Under the pieces are notes generated by a model. That model was not told where the DNA came from and searched no databases. It saw only the letters and a list, made by a program, of their open reading frames with translations. Shown here piece by piece: positions 9,785 to 22,351 of a stretch of 64,000 nt of DNA; position 1 is the first letter of the stretch; each line of letters begins with the position of its first letter. This DNA is from an uncultured Gemmatimonadaceae bacterium. GTDB taxonomy: Bacteria > Gemmatimonadota > Gemmatimonadetes > Gemmatimonadales > Gemmatimonadaceae. A program made the translations under genes and the position numbers. The DNA is taken from the NCBI GenBank assembly GCA_963751275.1, contig CAVVTZ010000011.1:359529-423528 (forward strand), in the 5' to 3' direction.

Positions 9785-10737
9785 ACGCCCGGCTGCCCCA
9801 CGGGCGCCGGCGCGCGCTCGCACTTGGCGCGCTCGTACTCGCCGCGCTCGTCCTGCTCCCCGCCGCCGCGTGGGCGTGGGCGCCCGGTACGCACATCTTC
9901 CTCGGCGAGTCGGTGCTCAGCGCGCTCGCGCAGCTGCCGTCCGGCGTCGCCGACCTGCTGCGCGCGTTCCCCTATGATTTCCTCTATGGGAACATCGCCG
10001 CGGACACGAGCATCGCGAAGAAATACGCGCCGGCGGGACGGCACTGCCATTCGTGGGCGGTGGGACTCGAGATCTTCGAGCGCGCGCCCGAAGGACCGCT
10101 GCGCGCATTCGGCCTCGGCTATCTCTCGCACCTCGCGGCCGACGCAGTGGCGCACAATTTCTTCGTGCCGCGCTATCTCGCGCTCGCTTCGCGCACCTCG
10201 GGTCTCGGCCACAGCTACTGGGAGAGCCGCTTCGAGATGCATTTGGGCGGCGGCTACAGCCGGCGCGCACGCGACGTGATCCTGCAGGACCACTCGCGCT
10301 CGGACACGCATCTCGACCGCATCCTGAGCCCCACGATCTTCAGCACGCAGACCGGGCGGCGGATCTTCCGCGGCATGGTGCACGTGATCGACAGCGAGTC
10401 CTGGCAGCGGGTCTTCCAGCTCGCGGCCGATGCGAGCCGGTGGGACCTGAGCGATCCCGAAGTGGGGCGCTACATGGACCGGTCGTACGACTACGTGATG
10501 GATTTCCTGAGCCGCGTCGAGCGGTCGGAGCCGTACGCGCTCGACCCGGCCGGCGACGTGGCGCTGCGGCGCGCGCTTGAAGTGCGGCGCGGCGCGCGCG
10601 CGAGCGGCATGGAGTTCCGGCTGGCCGAGGAGGCGGTGCGGGAATTCGCGCTGCCCGATTCGGCGCTGACGTTCGCGTCGGGGCTCAAGCCGCCGCTCTA
10701 CGCGCCGGTGCGCGCGGCGCGCTCCGCCAGCAACTGA
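9781..10737 (+). CDS. Secreted zinc-dependent phospholipase C / P1-nuclease-like superfamily protein
   Basis: A signal peptide (ALALGALVLAALVLLPAAAWA) is followed by WAPGTHIFLGE, with further His/Asp clusters (HCHSW, YLSHLAADAVAHNFF, DHSRSDTHLD). This is the pattern typical of the PF00882-like family. Confidence 0.5.
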   Translation: MNARLPHGRRRALALGALVLAALVLLPAAAWAWAPGTHIFLGESVLSALAQLPSGVADLLRAFPYDFLYGNIAADTSIAKKYAPAGRHCHSWAVGLEIFERAPEGPLRAFGLGYLSHLAADAVAHNFFVPRYLALASRTSGLGHSYWESRFEMHLGGGYSRRARDVILQDHSRSDTHLDRILSPTIFSTQTGRRIFRGMVHVIDSESWQRVFQLAADASRWDLSDPEVGRYMDRSYDYVMDFLSRVERSEPYALDPAGDVALRRALEVRRGARASGMEFRLAEEAVREFALPDSALTFASGLKPPLYAPVRAARSASN

Positions 10738-12152
10738 TTCACCTGCTTCGGATCGGCGCGCCCTTTCGACTTCTTCATCACGAGCCCCACCAGCACGCCC
10801 TGCAGTTTCTTCTCGCCGCCCAGGAAGCGGCCGGCCTCGGCGGCGTTCTCGGCGAGCACTTCGTTCACCCACTGCGCGAGCGCGCCACTGTCGCGCTCCT
10901 GGATGAGTCCCTCCCTCTCCGCGATCGCGCGCGCCTCGCCTCCGGACTCGGCCATGACCGCGAAGATCCGTTTCGCGGCGTTGTGACTCACGGTGCCGTC
11001 GCGCACGAGATCGAGCAGTGAGGCGAGCCGGGTCTCGGTGACGCGGCACTCGGTGATGGAGCGCCCCGCCGCGTTGCACCAGGCAAGCACCTCGCCCATC
11101 ACCCAATTCGCGGCGGCCTTCGCGTCGCCGTGGTCCCCGGCGACGCGCTCGAAGTATTCGGCGGTGGCGATGCTCGCCGTGAGCACCTCGATGTCCGCCG
11201 CGCCGAGCGCGTACTGCTTCGCGAACCGTTCCCGCTTGGCGCGCGGCAGCTCCGGCAGCTCGCGCGCGACCTCCTCGATATACGCGCGCGTGAGGATCAG
11301 CGGCGGGAGATCGGGCTCGGGGAAATAGCGGTAGTCGTGGCTCCCCTCCTTCGAGCGTGCCGGCCGCACTTCGCCGCGCGCGCCGTCCCAGAGCATCGTC
11401 TGCTGGTGCACCGTCTCGCCGCGCGCAAGCAGCGCGCACTGCCGCACGAACTCCCCCTCGAGCGCACGCTCCACGCCGGAAATGGAATTCATGTTCTTCA
11501 CTTCGGTCTTCGTGCCGAGCTTCGTGGCCCCGCGCGGCCGCGCGCTCACGTTGGCGTCCACGCGCAGGCTCCCCTCCTCCATGCTCACGTCGCTCACGTC
11601 GATGTACTCGAGCAGCTGCTTGATCTCACGGAGGTACGCGCCGGCCGCCTGCGCCGAACGCATGTCCGGCTCGCTGACGATCTCGATGAGCGGGACGCCC
11701 GCGCGATTGAGGTCGATCGCGCTCACGCCGGGGAAGCGGTCGTGAATGGACTTGCCCGCGTCCTCCTCCATGTGCACGCGCGTGATGCCGACGGTGACCG
11801 TCGTGCCGTTCGGACCAGCGACGGCGAGCCGTCCCCGCTCCGCGAGCGGCTTGTCGTACTGCGAGATCTGGTAGCCCTTGGGCAGGTCCGGATAGAAATA
11901 ATGCTTGCGCGCGAACACCGACCGCTCGTGCACGTCGCACTGCAGCGCCTGCGCCGCGCGCACCGCGAGCTGCACGGCGCGCGCGTTCAGTGACGGCAGG
12001 CTCCCCGGCAGCGCGAGACAGATGGGGCAGGTGTTCACATTGGGCAGCGCGCCGTATTCGCTGCTGCACGAGCAGAAGGCCTTGGTGGCCGTCTTGAGCT
12101 GGACGTGAACCTCGAGTCCGACCACCATCTCGAAGCCGTCGGTCGCGCTCAT
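10698..12152 (-). CDS. gatB: Asp-tRNA(Asn)/Glu-tRNA(Gln) amidotransferase subunit B
   Basis: 484 aa and intact, GLEVHVQLKTATKAFCSC...PNVNTCPICLALPG. ATGA overlap with gatA. Confidence 0.95.
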   Translation of the reverse strand: MSATDGFEMVVGLEVHVQLKTATKAFCSCSSEYGALPNVNTCPICLALPGSLPSLNARAVQLAVRAAQALQCDVHERSVFARKHYFYPDLPKGYQISQYDKPLAERGRLAVAGPNGTTVTVGITRVHMEEDAGKSIHDRFPGVSAIDLNRAGVPLIEIVSEPDMRSAQAAGAYLREIKQLLEYIDVSDVSMEEGSLRVDANVSARPRGATKLGTKTEVKNMNSISGVERALEGEFVRQCALLARGETVHQQTMLWDGARGEVRPARSKEGSHDYRYFPEPDLPPLILTRAYIEEVARELPELPRAKRERFAKQYALGAADIEVLTASIATAEYFERVAGDHGDAKAAANWVMGEVLAWCNAAGRSITECRVTETRLASLLDLVRDGTVSHNAAKRIFAVMAESGGEARAIAEREGLIQERDSGALAQWVNEVLAENAAEAGRFLGGEKKLQGVLVGLVMKKSKGRADPKQVNQLLAERAARTGA

Positions 12153-13540
12153 GAGTGCGCCGCCTTCCCGAGTTCGCGCTCGAGCGCGTACGCCACGCGG
12201 AACATCGCCTGTTCGTCGAAGTGCCGCGCGATGATCTGGCCGCCCACCGGCAGCCCGTCCACGCGGCCGACCGGCACGGACATCGCAGGCACGCCGGCGA
12301 GGTTCGCCGTCGCCGTGAAGATGTCGTTCATGTACATCTCGTACGGATCCGACTTCGCGCCGAAGGGGAACGCCGGCGACGGCGTGGTCGGCGTGAAGAT
12401 GGCGGTCACGCCCGCGTCGAACGCGCGGCGGAAATCGTTCGCGATGAGCGCGCGCACGTCTTGCGCGCGCCGGTAGTACGCGTCGTAGTAGCCGGCCGAG
12501 AGCACATAGGTGCCAAGCAGGATCCGGCGCGTCACCTCGGCGCCGAAGCCGCGGGAGCGCGTCGCTTCATACATGCCGCGCAACCCGTCGCCCTCGAGGC
12601 GCATGCCGTACCGTACGCCATCGAAGCGCGCGAGGTTGGAGCTCGCTTCCGCGGGCGCGACGATGTAATAGACCGGAATGGCGTAGGCGGTGTGCGGGAG
12701 CGAGATCTGGCGCACCGTCGCGCCGCGCGCGCGCAGCGCGTCGAGTACGCGGTCGCACAGCGCGGTGATGCGCGGGTCGAGTGACGACGGGAAATATTCC
12801 TTGGGCCGGCCGATCACCACGCCCTGGAGATCGCCGTCGCGCGTGGCCGCGCCGCGGAGCGCGGGCGGCGCGATCGCGGCGCTGGTGCTGTCGAGCGGAT
12901 CGTGGCCGGACATGACCTCGAGCGCGAGCGCCGCGTCGTCCACCTCGGCGCCGAACACCGCGACGTGATCGAGCGAACTGGCGAACGCCACGAGGCCGAA
13001 GCGGCTGATGCGGCCGTAGGTCGGCTTCACGCCCACGATCCCGCAATACGACGCGGGCTGCCGCACCGATCCGCCGGTCTCGGAGCCGAGCGCGATGCGC
13101 ACGATGCCCGCGGCGACGGCGGCGGCCGAGCCGCCGGAGGATCCACCGGGGACGCGCGTGGGGTCGAGCGGATTCTTCACCGGACCGTAGGCACTGTGCT
13201 CGTTGGACGAGCCCATCGCGAACTCGTCGCAGTTCGTCTTGGCCACGAGCACGGCGCCGGCCGCGTTCAGCCGCACGAGCGCCGTCGCGTCGTATGGGCT
13301 CATGTAACCTTCCAGGATCCGCGAGCCGCAGGTGGTGGGCAGTCCGATGGTGGCGAAATTGTCCTTCGCACAGTACGGCACGCCGGCGAGCACACCCGGG
13401 GCGGATCGCGCATCCCGCTCGCGCGCGGCGGCCATCGCCATCTCACGATTGCTCCACAACACACAGTTGAGCCCGTCGCGGCCGGCGTGCACTTCCTCCA
13501 TGCGCGCGAAGCTCGCGGCGACCCGCTCGGCGGCACTCAC
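12149..13540 (-). CDS. gatA: Glutamyl-tRNA(Gln) amidotransferase subunit A
   Basis: Amidase signature GGSSGGSAAAVAAG and LAGVPYCAKDNF. I place the start at the GTG at 13540 (GTGA overlap with the gatC stop). The longer ORF 12149..14293 is read-through in a non-coding frame. Confidence 0.92.
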   Translation of the reverse strand: MSAAERVAASFARMEEVHAGRDGLNCVLWSNREMAMAAARERDARSAPGVLAGVPYCAKDNFATIGLPTTCGSRILEGYMSPYDATALVRLNAAGAVLVAKTNCDEFAMGSSNEHSAYGPVKNPLDPTRVPGGSSGGSAAAVAAGIVRIALGSETGGSVRQPASYCGIVGVKPTYGRISRFGLVAFASSLDHVAVFGAEVDDAALALEVMSGHDPLDSTSAAIAPPALRGAATRDGDLQGVVIGRPKEYFPSSLDPRITALCDRVLDALRARGATVRQISLPHTAYAIPVYYIVAPAEASSNLARFDGVRYGMRLEGDGLRGMYEATRSRGFGAEVTRRILLGTYVLSAGYYDAYYRRAQDVRALIANDFRRAFDAGVTAIFTPTTPSPAFPFGAKSDPYEMYMNDIFTATANLAGVPAMSVPVGRVDGLPVGGQIIARHFDEQAMFRVAYALERELGKAAHS

Positions 13541-13845
13541 GACGCGTCGCCCTCGTCCTCGTGCGTCGCGAGGCGCGGCACGATGAAGAACCCGTCGCGC
13601 ATACTCGGCGCGAAGGCCTCGAGTGGCGCGGCGAGCGGGATCGGCGGCCCGTGGTCCTCGCGGAGGCGAAGCGCCTCCTCGGCGGGCACGAGCGCGGCGG
13701 CGCCGCTCGTGTCGGCGTCGCGGAGCACGTCCATGTGGCCGAGGATGCCGTTGAGCTGCGCGACGAGCTCGGGCACGCGCTCCTCGGGCAGCGCGATGCG
13801 CGCGAGCGCGGCGATGTGCATCACGTCCTTGCGGTCGACCGCCAT
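13537..13845 (-). CDS. gatC: Glutamyl-tRNA(Gln) amidotransferase subunit C
   Basis: 102 aa, MAVDRKDVMHIAALARIALPEERVPELVAQLNGILGHMDVL. Its ATG directly follows the pcrA stop (TAGATG). Confidence 0.92.
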   Translation of the reverse strand: MAVDRKDVMHIAALARIALPEERVPELVAQLNGILGHMDVLRDADTSGAAALVPAEEALRLREDHGPPIPLAAPLEAFAPSMRDGFFIVPRLATHEDEGDAS

Positions 13846-16129
13846 CTATTCGAACCCCCGCTCGAGCCCGGCGTGCATGACCACGAGCTTCTTGCGCCCG
13901 ATGGTCTCGTCGTCGAAGTCGACGGTCACTTTGCAGTCGCGCCCCGTGCCCTGCAGCTCGGCCACGGTGCCGCTGCCGAACTTGGCATGCTTCACGCGCT
14001 CGCCCTTCACGAGGCGCGCCGAGTCCTGTGACGCTTCCTCGGGCGCGAAATCGAAGTCGGCGGGACGGCGTTCCACCGGCGCACCGGGCCGGCGCATCGA
14101 CGGGGTGACCAGGAATCGCGGCGCGCCCGGTGGCGCGAAGCCGAATGGTGCTCACCGCGTCGAGCATCGACGGCGGGATCGGCGCGAGGAGGCTCGAGGG
14201 CAGCGACGGCAGCGTCTCGCCGTTGCGGCGCCGGCTGCGCGCCCACGTGAGGTACAGCTTCTGCTCGGCGCGCGTGATGCCGACATAGAACAAGCCGCCG
14301 TTCTTCCTCCAGCATCGCGGGATCGTCGACGCCCCGGCTCAGCGGGAACAGCCCGTTCTCGAGGCCGGCGATGAACACCACCGGGAACTCGAGTCCCTTC
14401 GCGGTGTGCAGCGTCATCATCGTCACGGCGTCGGCGTCGGGGTCGAGCAGGTCGAGCTCGCTCGACGAGCGTCGCGCGCTGCAGGAAATGGTCGAGCGGA
14501 CGCAGGCCGACTTCACCGCCCTCGTCGATCACCAGCTCGGCGCGCGCCGCGCGCGAGCTCGGCGCACGTTGTCGAGGCGTTCGAGTCCCTCGGGCCCTTC
14601 GGCGCGCAGCGCGTCGGCGTAGCCCGTCTCGTCGACGAGCGCGAGGATCAGCCGGTCGACGCTCGGCCTCCGCGGCGAGGGCGCGCAATCGCTTCGACGA
14701 GCGCGGCGAAATCCGCGAGCGCGTTGCGCGTCGCGAGGCGCGCGCCGGGGTCGAGATCCTCGCGCGCGCGGCGGCGAGCACGGGCACGCCGGCGTCGGCG
14801 CGGCAAGGGCGAGCATTTCGACGCGTCGTGTCGCCGAGTCCCGCGGCGCGGCGCGGTGATCGCGCGCCGGAACGCTTCGTCGTCCGCGGGATTCGCGATG
14901 AGCCGAAGCCACGCGATGAGATCCTTGATTTCGCGACGGTCGTAGAAGCGCACGGCGCCCACGAGACGGTACGGAATGCAGCGACGGCGCAGCGATTCTT
15001 CGAGCACACGGCTCTGCGCGTTGGTGCGGTACAGAATCGCGTTCGCGCCGAGCGGCTCGTCGGTTCGGCTCGCGGCGCAGGTCGATTTCCGTCGGCGATG
15101 TACTCGGCCTCGTCGCGGTCGTCGAGGCGCCGCGACGAGCGCGACCGGGTCGCCGACCGGTCGCGTGGCGCGCAGCATCTTGCCGCGCCGTTCCGATGTT
15201 CTCGCTGATGACCGCGTTCGCGACCGCGAGGATCTGCGGCGTCGAGCGGTAGTTCTCCTCGAGCCGCACGACCTTCGCCGCGCGGATAGTCGCGTCTCGA
15301 AGTCGAGGATGTTGCGCGACGTCGGCGCCGCGCCAGCCGTAGATCGACTGGTCGTCGTCGCCCACGACCGCGACGTTGCCGTGCTCGCGCGCCGAGCAGG
15401 CGCACGAGCTCGTACTGCGCGCGGTTGGTGTCCTGGTACTCGTCGACGAGCAGATCAGCGGAAGCGCCGCGCGGTACGCGGCGAGCCGTTCGGGTTCTCC
15501 TGCAGCATGCGCACCGGCAGCACGAGCAGGTCGTCGAAATCGACGGCGTTGCGATTCGCGCAGGGCGCGGTCGAGCAATCTGCGTACACGCGTGCGACCG
15601 CCTTGGCTGAGCGGCGTCTGCGCGAGCGTCGCGTACTCCGCCGGGCGCCACGAACGCGTTCTCGCGTCGGAGATCGCGCGGCGGATCGCGCGCCGGCGTC
15701 CATTGCTTGGCGGGGATCCGCAGGCGCGCTCCATCGCGCGCTTCACGACGGAGAGCGTGTCGTCCTCATCGTAGATCGTGAAGCTCGGCGTACGCTGCAC
15801 GAGCGACGCGCTCGCGGCGCAGCATCCGCGCGCCGATCGCGTGGAAGGTGCCGACCCACATCCCGGCCGGCTCCGCGCCGAGCAGCCGCGCCACGCGCTC
15901 GCGCATCTCGCCGGCGGCCTTGTTCGTGAACGTCACCGCCAGGATGTGCCGCGGCTCGCACGACGCCGTCGCTCGATGAGTCGCGCGATGCGCGCCGTGA
16001 GCACCCGCGTCTTGCCGGAGCCGGCGCCGGCGAGCACGAGCATCGGGCCCTCGCCGTGCTCCACGGCTTCGCGCTGGGCGGGATTGAGGCGCGCGAGCAT
16101 CTCCGCTTCGCGGCCGGGCAGGACGCTGG

Positions 16130-16133
<4 letters not shown>
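13846..16133 (-). pseudogene. pcrA: ATP-dependent DNA helicase PcrA/UvrD, reading frame broken at least ~15 times in this sequence
   Basis: All UvrD-family motifs are present in the correct order but scattered over the three minus frames. In order they are: [12 protein letters not shown]; [18 protein letters not shown]; TFHA; FTIYDEDD; DFDDLL; [16 protein letters not shown]; [17 protein letters not shown]; [12 protein letters not shown]; [13 protein letters not shown]; [17 protein letters not shown]; [15 protein letters not shown]; FYVGITRAE; and the C-terminal GERVKHAKFGSGTV. The start ATG overlaps the stop of the upstream kinase (ATGA). Confidence 0.85.
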
Positions 16134-18554
<2,421 letters not shown>

Positions 18555-18557
18555 CGT

Positions 18558-19184
18558 TCACTCGCTCGGAACGCCGGTGTCGAGACCCAGGAACCCGCAG
18601 TTCGGATCGACCACCATGCGGTAATAGATGGTGCGGCCGTTCGGCGCCGTGATCGGGTCGTACGGCGAGAAGTTGATGCTGTCGATGATGAACTTGGAGT
18701 AGATGTAGCGGCGCGCCGCGACCGATTGCACCGAGCACGTCGGATTGGACGTGAGGGACTGCACGTAGAAGCGAGTGCCGGCGTGGATCGTGATCGCGGT
18801 CGAGTCGCTGTATCCGAGCGTCGGCGAGACGAGCATGCTGTCGTAGGGTTGCAACGAGATCTGCAGGCCCGCGGTCAACGCACCCGTGAATCCCACGAGA
18901 CCCGGCGGCAGGGCGACGGCCGTCGTGTCGTGGATATCGAAGACGACATCGTAATGTGCGCCGGGCACGGCGCGCACGGGGCTCGGCCCGTAGAAACTGG
19001 GGCCGAGCAGGGTGAGCGTGGCCACCCCCGTCGGGCCACTCTCCGGCGCACCGGTGAGCGCGTAGACACCGGCGGTATCGAACACGTTGTCCTGCGTCGC
19101 AATGGTCTGCGTCGGGCCACTGCACGCTCCGGCCGCGGCGGCGGCGAGCGCTCCCGCGGCGAGGAGGAGGATCCGGACCTTCAT
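18558..19184 (-). CDS. Lipoprotein, function unknown
   Basis: MKVRILLLAAGALAAAAAGAC provides a lipobox Cys, followed by a beta-rich Thr/Ser/Gly sequence with no recognisable family. The start is taken at the internal ATG (19184) of ORF 18558..19307. Confidence 0.55.
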   Translation of the reverse strand: MKVRILLLAAGALAAAAAGACSGPTQTIATQDNVFDTAGVYALTGAPESGPTGVATLTLLGPSFYGPSPVRAVPGAHYDVVFDIHDTTAVALPPGLVGFTGALTAGLQISLQPYDSMLVSPTLGYSDSTAITIHAGTRFYVQSLTSNPTCSVQSVAARRYIYSKFIIDSINFSPYDPITAPNGRTIYYRMVVDPNCGFLGLDTGVPSE

Positions 19185-19327
19185 CAAATCACCTGGCAAG
19201 GGAGCACGTGAGCGACCAACCTGCGAAGAATACCCCGCCGGCTGGGAAGGTTCAAGCCGTTCTCGGCGCTTGACTTGCCGTGAGCGAATCGAGTAGCTTC
19301 GCACCACCCGAACCCGCCGGAGCGCGC

Positions 19328-19681
19328 ATGCCCACCATCCGTGACCTCGTCGGTGTCCTCCGCCAGCGCGAAGGGGTCGAGGCCGCCGTCGTTCTGGGCC
19401 GCGATGGCCTGCTCATCGACAGCGACGTCCAGTCCGCGATCGACGCCGAGAGTCTGGCGGCGCTCGTCCCGCAGATCGTGGCCGCCGGCGATGAATTCGG
19501 CGCGCACGACGGGCGCGGCGCGCTGCAGACCGCGATCCTCGAGTACGGCCACGGCATCGCGGTGGTGTGCGTGCTCAATGCGGACGCGATCCTCCTCGTG
19601 CTCGCGCAACCCACGGCGAACCTGGGCCAGCTGCTGTTCGAACTGCGCCGCAACCGCGCGAACATCGCGGCGCTCGTCTGA
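19328..19681 (+). CDS. Roadblock/LC7 (MglB-like) domain protein
   Basis: MPTIRDLVGVLRQREGVEAAVVLGRDGLLIDSD...ILEYGHGIAVVCVLNADAILLVLA matches the Robl_LC7 pattern (G..ga.lv..DGl.i). Confidence 0.7.
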   Translation: MPTIRDLVGVLRQREGVEAAVVLGRDGLLIDSDVQSAIDAESLAALVPQIVAAGDEFGAHDGRGALQTAILEYGHGIAVVCVLNADAILLVLAQPTANLGQLLFELRRNRANIAALV

Positions 19682-19685
19682 CCAG

Positions 19686-20102
19686 GTGCCCGACCCCGCC
19701 GGCCGGCTCCGCGTGCTCGTGGCCGACGATGAACCGCACATCGGCCGCATCATCAAGATGAAGCTCGAGCAGGGACCGTTCGACGTGACGCTCGCCTATG
19801 ACGGACAAGAAGCGCTGACCGCCGCCGAGGATTCGCCGGGCCTCGCACTCGTATTGCTGGATGTGATGATGCCGAAGATGAGCGGGCTGGATGTTCTCGC
19901 CCAGCTCCGCCAGAACGAGCGCCTGAAGACCGTGCCTTGCATCATCCTCACCGCCGCCGGCCAGGAGCAGCACTACCGCCAGGCGATCGCCCTCGGCGCG
20001 AACGACTTCCTCACGAAGCCCTTCAGTCCCAAGAAACTGTACGCGCGCGTGGCCGAACTCACGGGCGTCGCCCCCGAAGGGCCCGAGGACCAGCCGTCGT
20101 GA
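19686..20102 (+). CDS. Single-domain response regulator (CheY-like receiver)
   Basis: RVLVADDEPHIGRIIKMKLE...LVLLDVMMPKMSGLDVL...CIILTA...GANDFLTKPF. The acidic pocket DD, phospho-acceptor D, T and K are all present. GTG start 5 nt after the Roadblock stop. Confidence 0.85.
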   Translation: MPDPAGRLRVLVADDEPHIGRIIKMKLEQGPFDVTLAYDGQEALTAAEDSPGLALVLLDVMMPKMSGLDVLAQLRQNERLKTVPCIILTAAGQEQHYRQAIALGANDFLTKPFSPKKLYARVAELTGVAPEGPEDQPS

Positions 20103-21136
20103 GCCGCTGGGCCGTGATCCTGGCGGGCGGCGTGGGCTCCCGCTTCTGGCCGCTGAGCACGCCGGCGCGCCCCAAGCAGCTGCTGCCGCTCGTGACCGAC
20201 TCGCCGCTGCTGGCCGACACCGTGGCGCGGCTCGCCCCACTCGTGCCGGCGGAGCGCACGCTGATCATCACGAACGCGTCGCTCGCGCCGGCGGTGGCGA
20301 AGCTCCTGCCCTCGCTGCCCGCGGAGAACATCATCGCGGAGCCGCGCTCGGCGGGCACGGCGCCGGCGCTCACGTGGGCCGCGCTCGAGATCGCCCGGCG
20401 CGACGGATCGGGAGCGACGATGATCTGCGTGCACGCCGACTGGGCGATCGGCGATGCCGACGGATTCCGGAAGGCGCTCGATGCCGCGGCGACCGTCGCG
20501 GAATCGTCGGGCAGTCTGGTGACGGTGGGCGTCGTGCCGTCGCGTCCCGATCCGGGCTTCGGCTACATCCGCGCGGCCGAGGAAGCGCGCGGCGGCGCGC
20601 GGCGTGTCGCCAAGTTCATCGAGAAGCCCGATCGAGCCACGGCCGAGACGCTGGTGCGTGAGGGATGTCTCTGGAATTCCGGGATCTTCGTGTGGGGCGC
20701 GGGCGACTTCCTCACGGAAGTGCGCCTGCACTGCCCCGAAGTCACGAAGGCGCTGCCGCACTCGGAGCCGGATGAGATCGCGGCGTTCTTCGCCGCGTGC
20801 ACACCGATCTCCGTGGATCACGGCGTGCTCGAGCGGAGCCGGCGCGTGCTGGTGCTCCCCGGCGATTTCGGGTGGGATGACGTGGGCACGTGGGCCGCGC
20901 TCCACCGCGTGCGCGCGAAGGATGCCGCGGGGAACGCCGTCGCGGGCGACGTGCATCTGCTGGACGCGCGGGAGAATGTCGTGCACGCCGAGGGGCAGAC
21001 CGTCGTGGCATACGGCGTGGAGGGGCTCGTGATCGTGGCGCGCAACGGCGTGACGCTCGTGACGACACGCGAGCGCGCGGCCGATCTCAAGACGTTGCTC
21101 GACGCGCTGCCGCCGGCGGTCCGCGACCGCGCATGA
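20099..21136 (+). CDS. Mannose-1-phosphate guanylyltransferase-like nucleotidyltransferase
   Basis: VSRWAVILAGGVGSRFWPLSTPARPKQLL...FGYI...EKP...WNSGIFVW...SVDHGVLE. It has the NTP_transferase domain and lacks a PMI/cupin domain. GTGA overlap with the receiver gene. Confidence 0.8.
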   Translation: MSRWAVILAGGVGSRFWPLSTPARPKQLLPLVTDSPLLADTVARLAPLVPAERTLIITNASLAPAVAKLLPSLPAENIIAEPRSAGTAPALTWAALEIARRDGSGATMICVHADWAIGDADGFRKALDAAATVAESSGSLVTVGVVPSRPDPGFGYIRAAEEARGGARRVAKFIEKPDRATAETLVREGCLWNSGIFVWGAGDFLTEVRLHCPEVTKALPHSEPDEIAAFFAACTPISVDHGVLERSRRVLVLPGDFGWDDVGTWAALHRVRAKDAAGNAVAGDVHLLDARENVVHAEGQTVVAYGVEGLVIVARNGVTLVTTRERAADLKTLLDALPPAVRDRA

Positions 21137-22351
21137 CGGCGCTCTACCTGTACGACGACGCGCGCGCGCGCGCGTTCGAACCATTCGCGCTCACGCGGCC
21201 GGCGAGCGAGCTGCGTGCGGGCACCGCGATCATCCGGGAGCAATGGGAGATGGCGCTCGGCACGATCGATGCGCGCGCCGCCGGCGCGATCACGGCCGCG
21301 CATCTTGCCGACTTCTCCGAGGCGGGCGCGCCGCCGGCCGCGCGTGGCGTGGTGCCGGCCGGCGCGATCATCGCGAACAGCCGCTTCGCCGCATCGCTCA
21401 CGCCGGCGCCCTTCGCGAAGGACGCGGCGGCGTGGACGAGCGGCGGGCGGACTTCCGCGGTGCGCATCGCGAAGGACGTGCCGCTCGCGGCGTTCACGAA
21501 CGGGAGCGCGACGCTCGAATCACTCGCCGTCGCCGGCGCTCCCACGAGCGAGATCGGCGGCCGCTGGCTGGATGAGGTGTGGCATCTCGATCACCACGCT
21601 GTTGCCGACGCTGCGCGAGGACATCAATGCGATCGGCCCGACGTTCACGGGTACAGCGGTCGATCAGGCGACCGTGATCGGCCCGCATCCCGTGTACGTG
21701 GAGGAGGGCGCGACGATCGAACCGCTCGTGGTGTTCGACGTCAGTGCCGGCCCGGTGATGGTGCGCGCGGGATCTGTTGTGCGCGCGTTCACCCGCCTCG
21801 CGGGACCGTGCGCCGTGGGCGCCGACAGTCAGATCCTGGGCGACCGTGTATCTGGCTGTTCGATCGGCGACCAATGCGTCGTGCGCGGCGAGATCAGCGA
21901 GAGCATCGTGATCGGGCACGCGAACAAAGGGCACGAAGGTTTCGTCGGCCACTCGGTGCTCGGCCGGTGGGTGAACCTGGGCGCCGGCACGATCACGAGC
22001 AACCTGAAGAACAGCTACGGCACCGTGTCGCTCTGGACGCCGGAGGGCGTGCGCGACACCGGGACCGTGAAGCTCGGCACGTTCTTTGGCGACCACGTGA
22101 AGACCGGGATCGGCGCGCGGCTCACCACCGGCTCGGTGATCGGCGCGGGGTCGAACATCTACGGCAGCGTGATGCCGCCGCGCCATGTGCCGCCCTTCTC
22201 GTGGGGAGACGGCGACGCGCTGGCAGAGTACCGCCTCGAGGAATTCTTGAAGACCACCGAGCGCGCGATGAGCCGGCGATCGGTCACGCTGAGCGACAGC
22301 ATGCGCCGGCAGCTCACCGCGGCGCATGCGTTAACGCGGCGCCGCGGCTAG
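21133..22351 (+). pseudogene. GlmU-like sugar nucleotidyl/acyl-transferase with left-handed beta-helix (hexapeptide) C-terminal half, one frame shift
   Basis: The N-terminus (MTALYLYDDARARAFEPFALTRPASELRAG) is in the frame of ORF 20890..22467. The hexapeptide half (IGHANKGHEGFVGHSVLGRWVNLGAGTITSNLKN...GIGARLTTGSVIGAGSNI) is in ORF 21215..22351. The switch is near 21588, a net 1-nt frame change (either a 1-nt insertion or a 2-nt deletion) after ...EVWHL. Confidence 0.7.

Noticed and set aside
12149-14293. 714-aa ORF suggesting a helicase-GatA fusion.
   Set aside because: The N-terminal ~45 aa are a pcrA fragment ([14 protein letters not shown]). The middle is an out-of-frame read across gatC. 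Real gatA starts at the GTG at 13540, overlapping the gatC stop.
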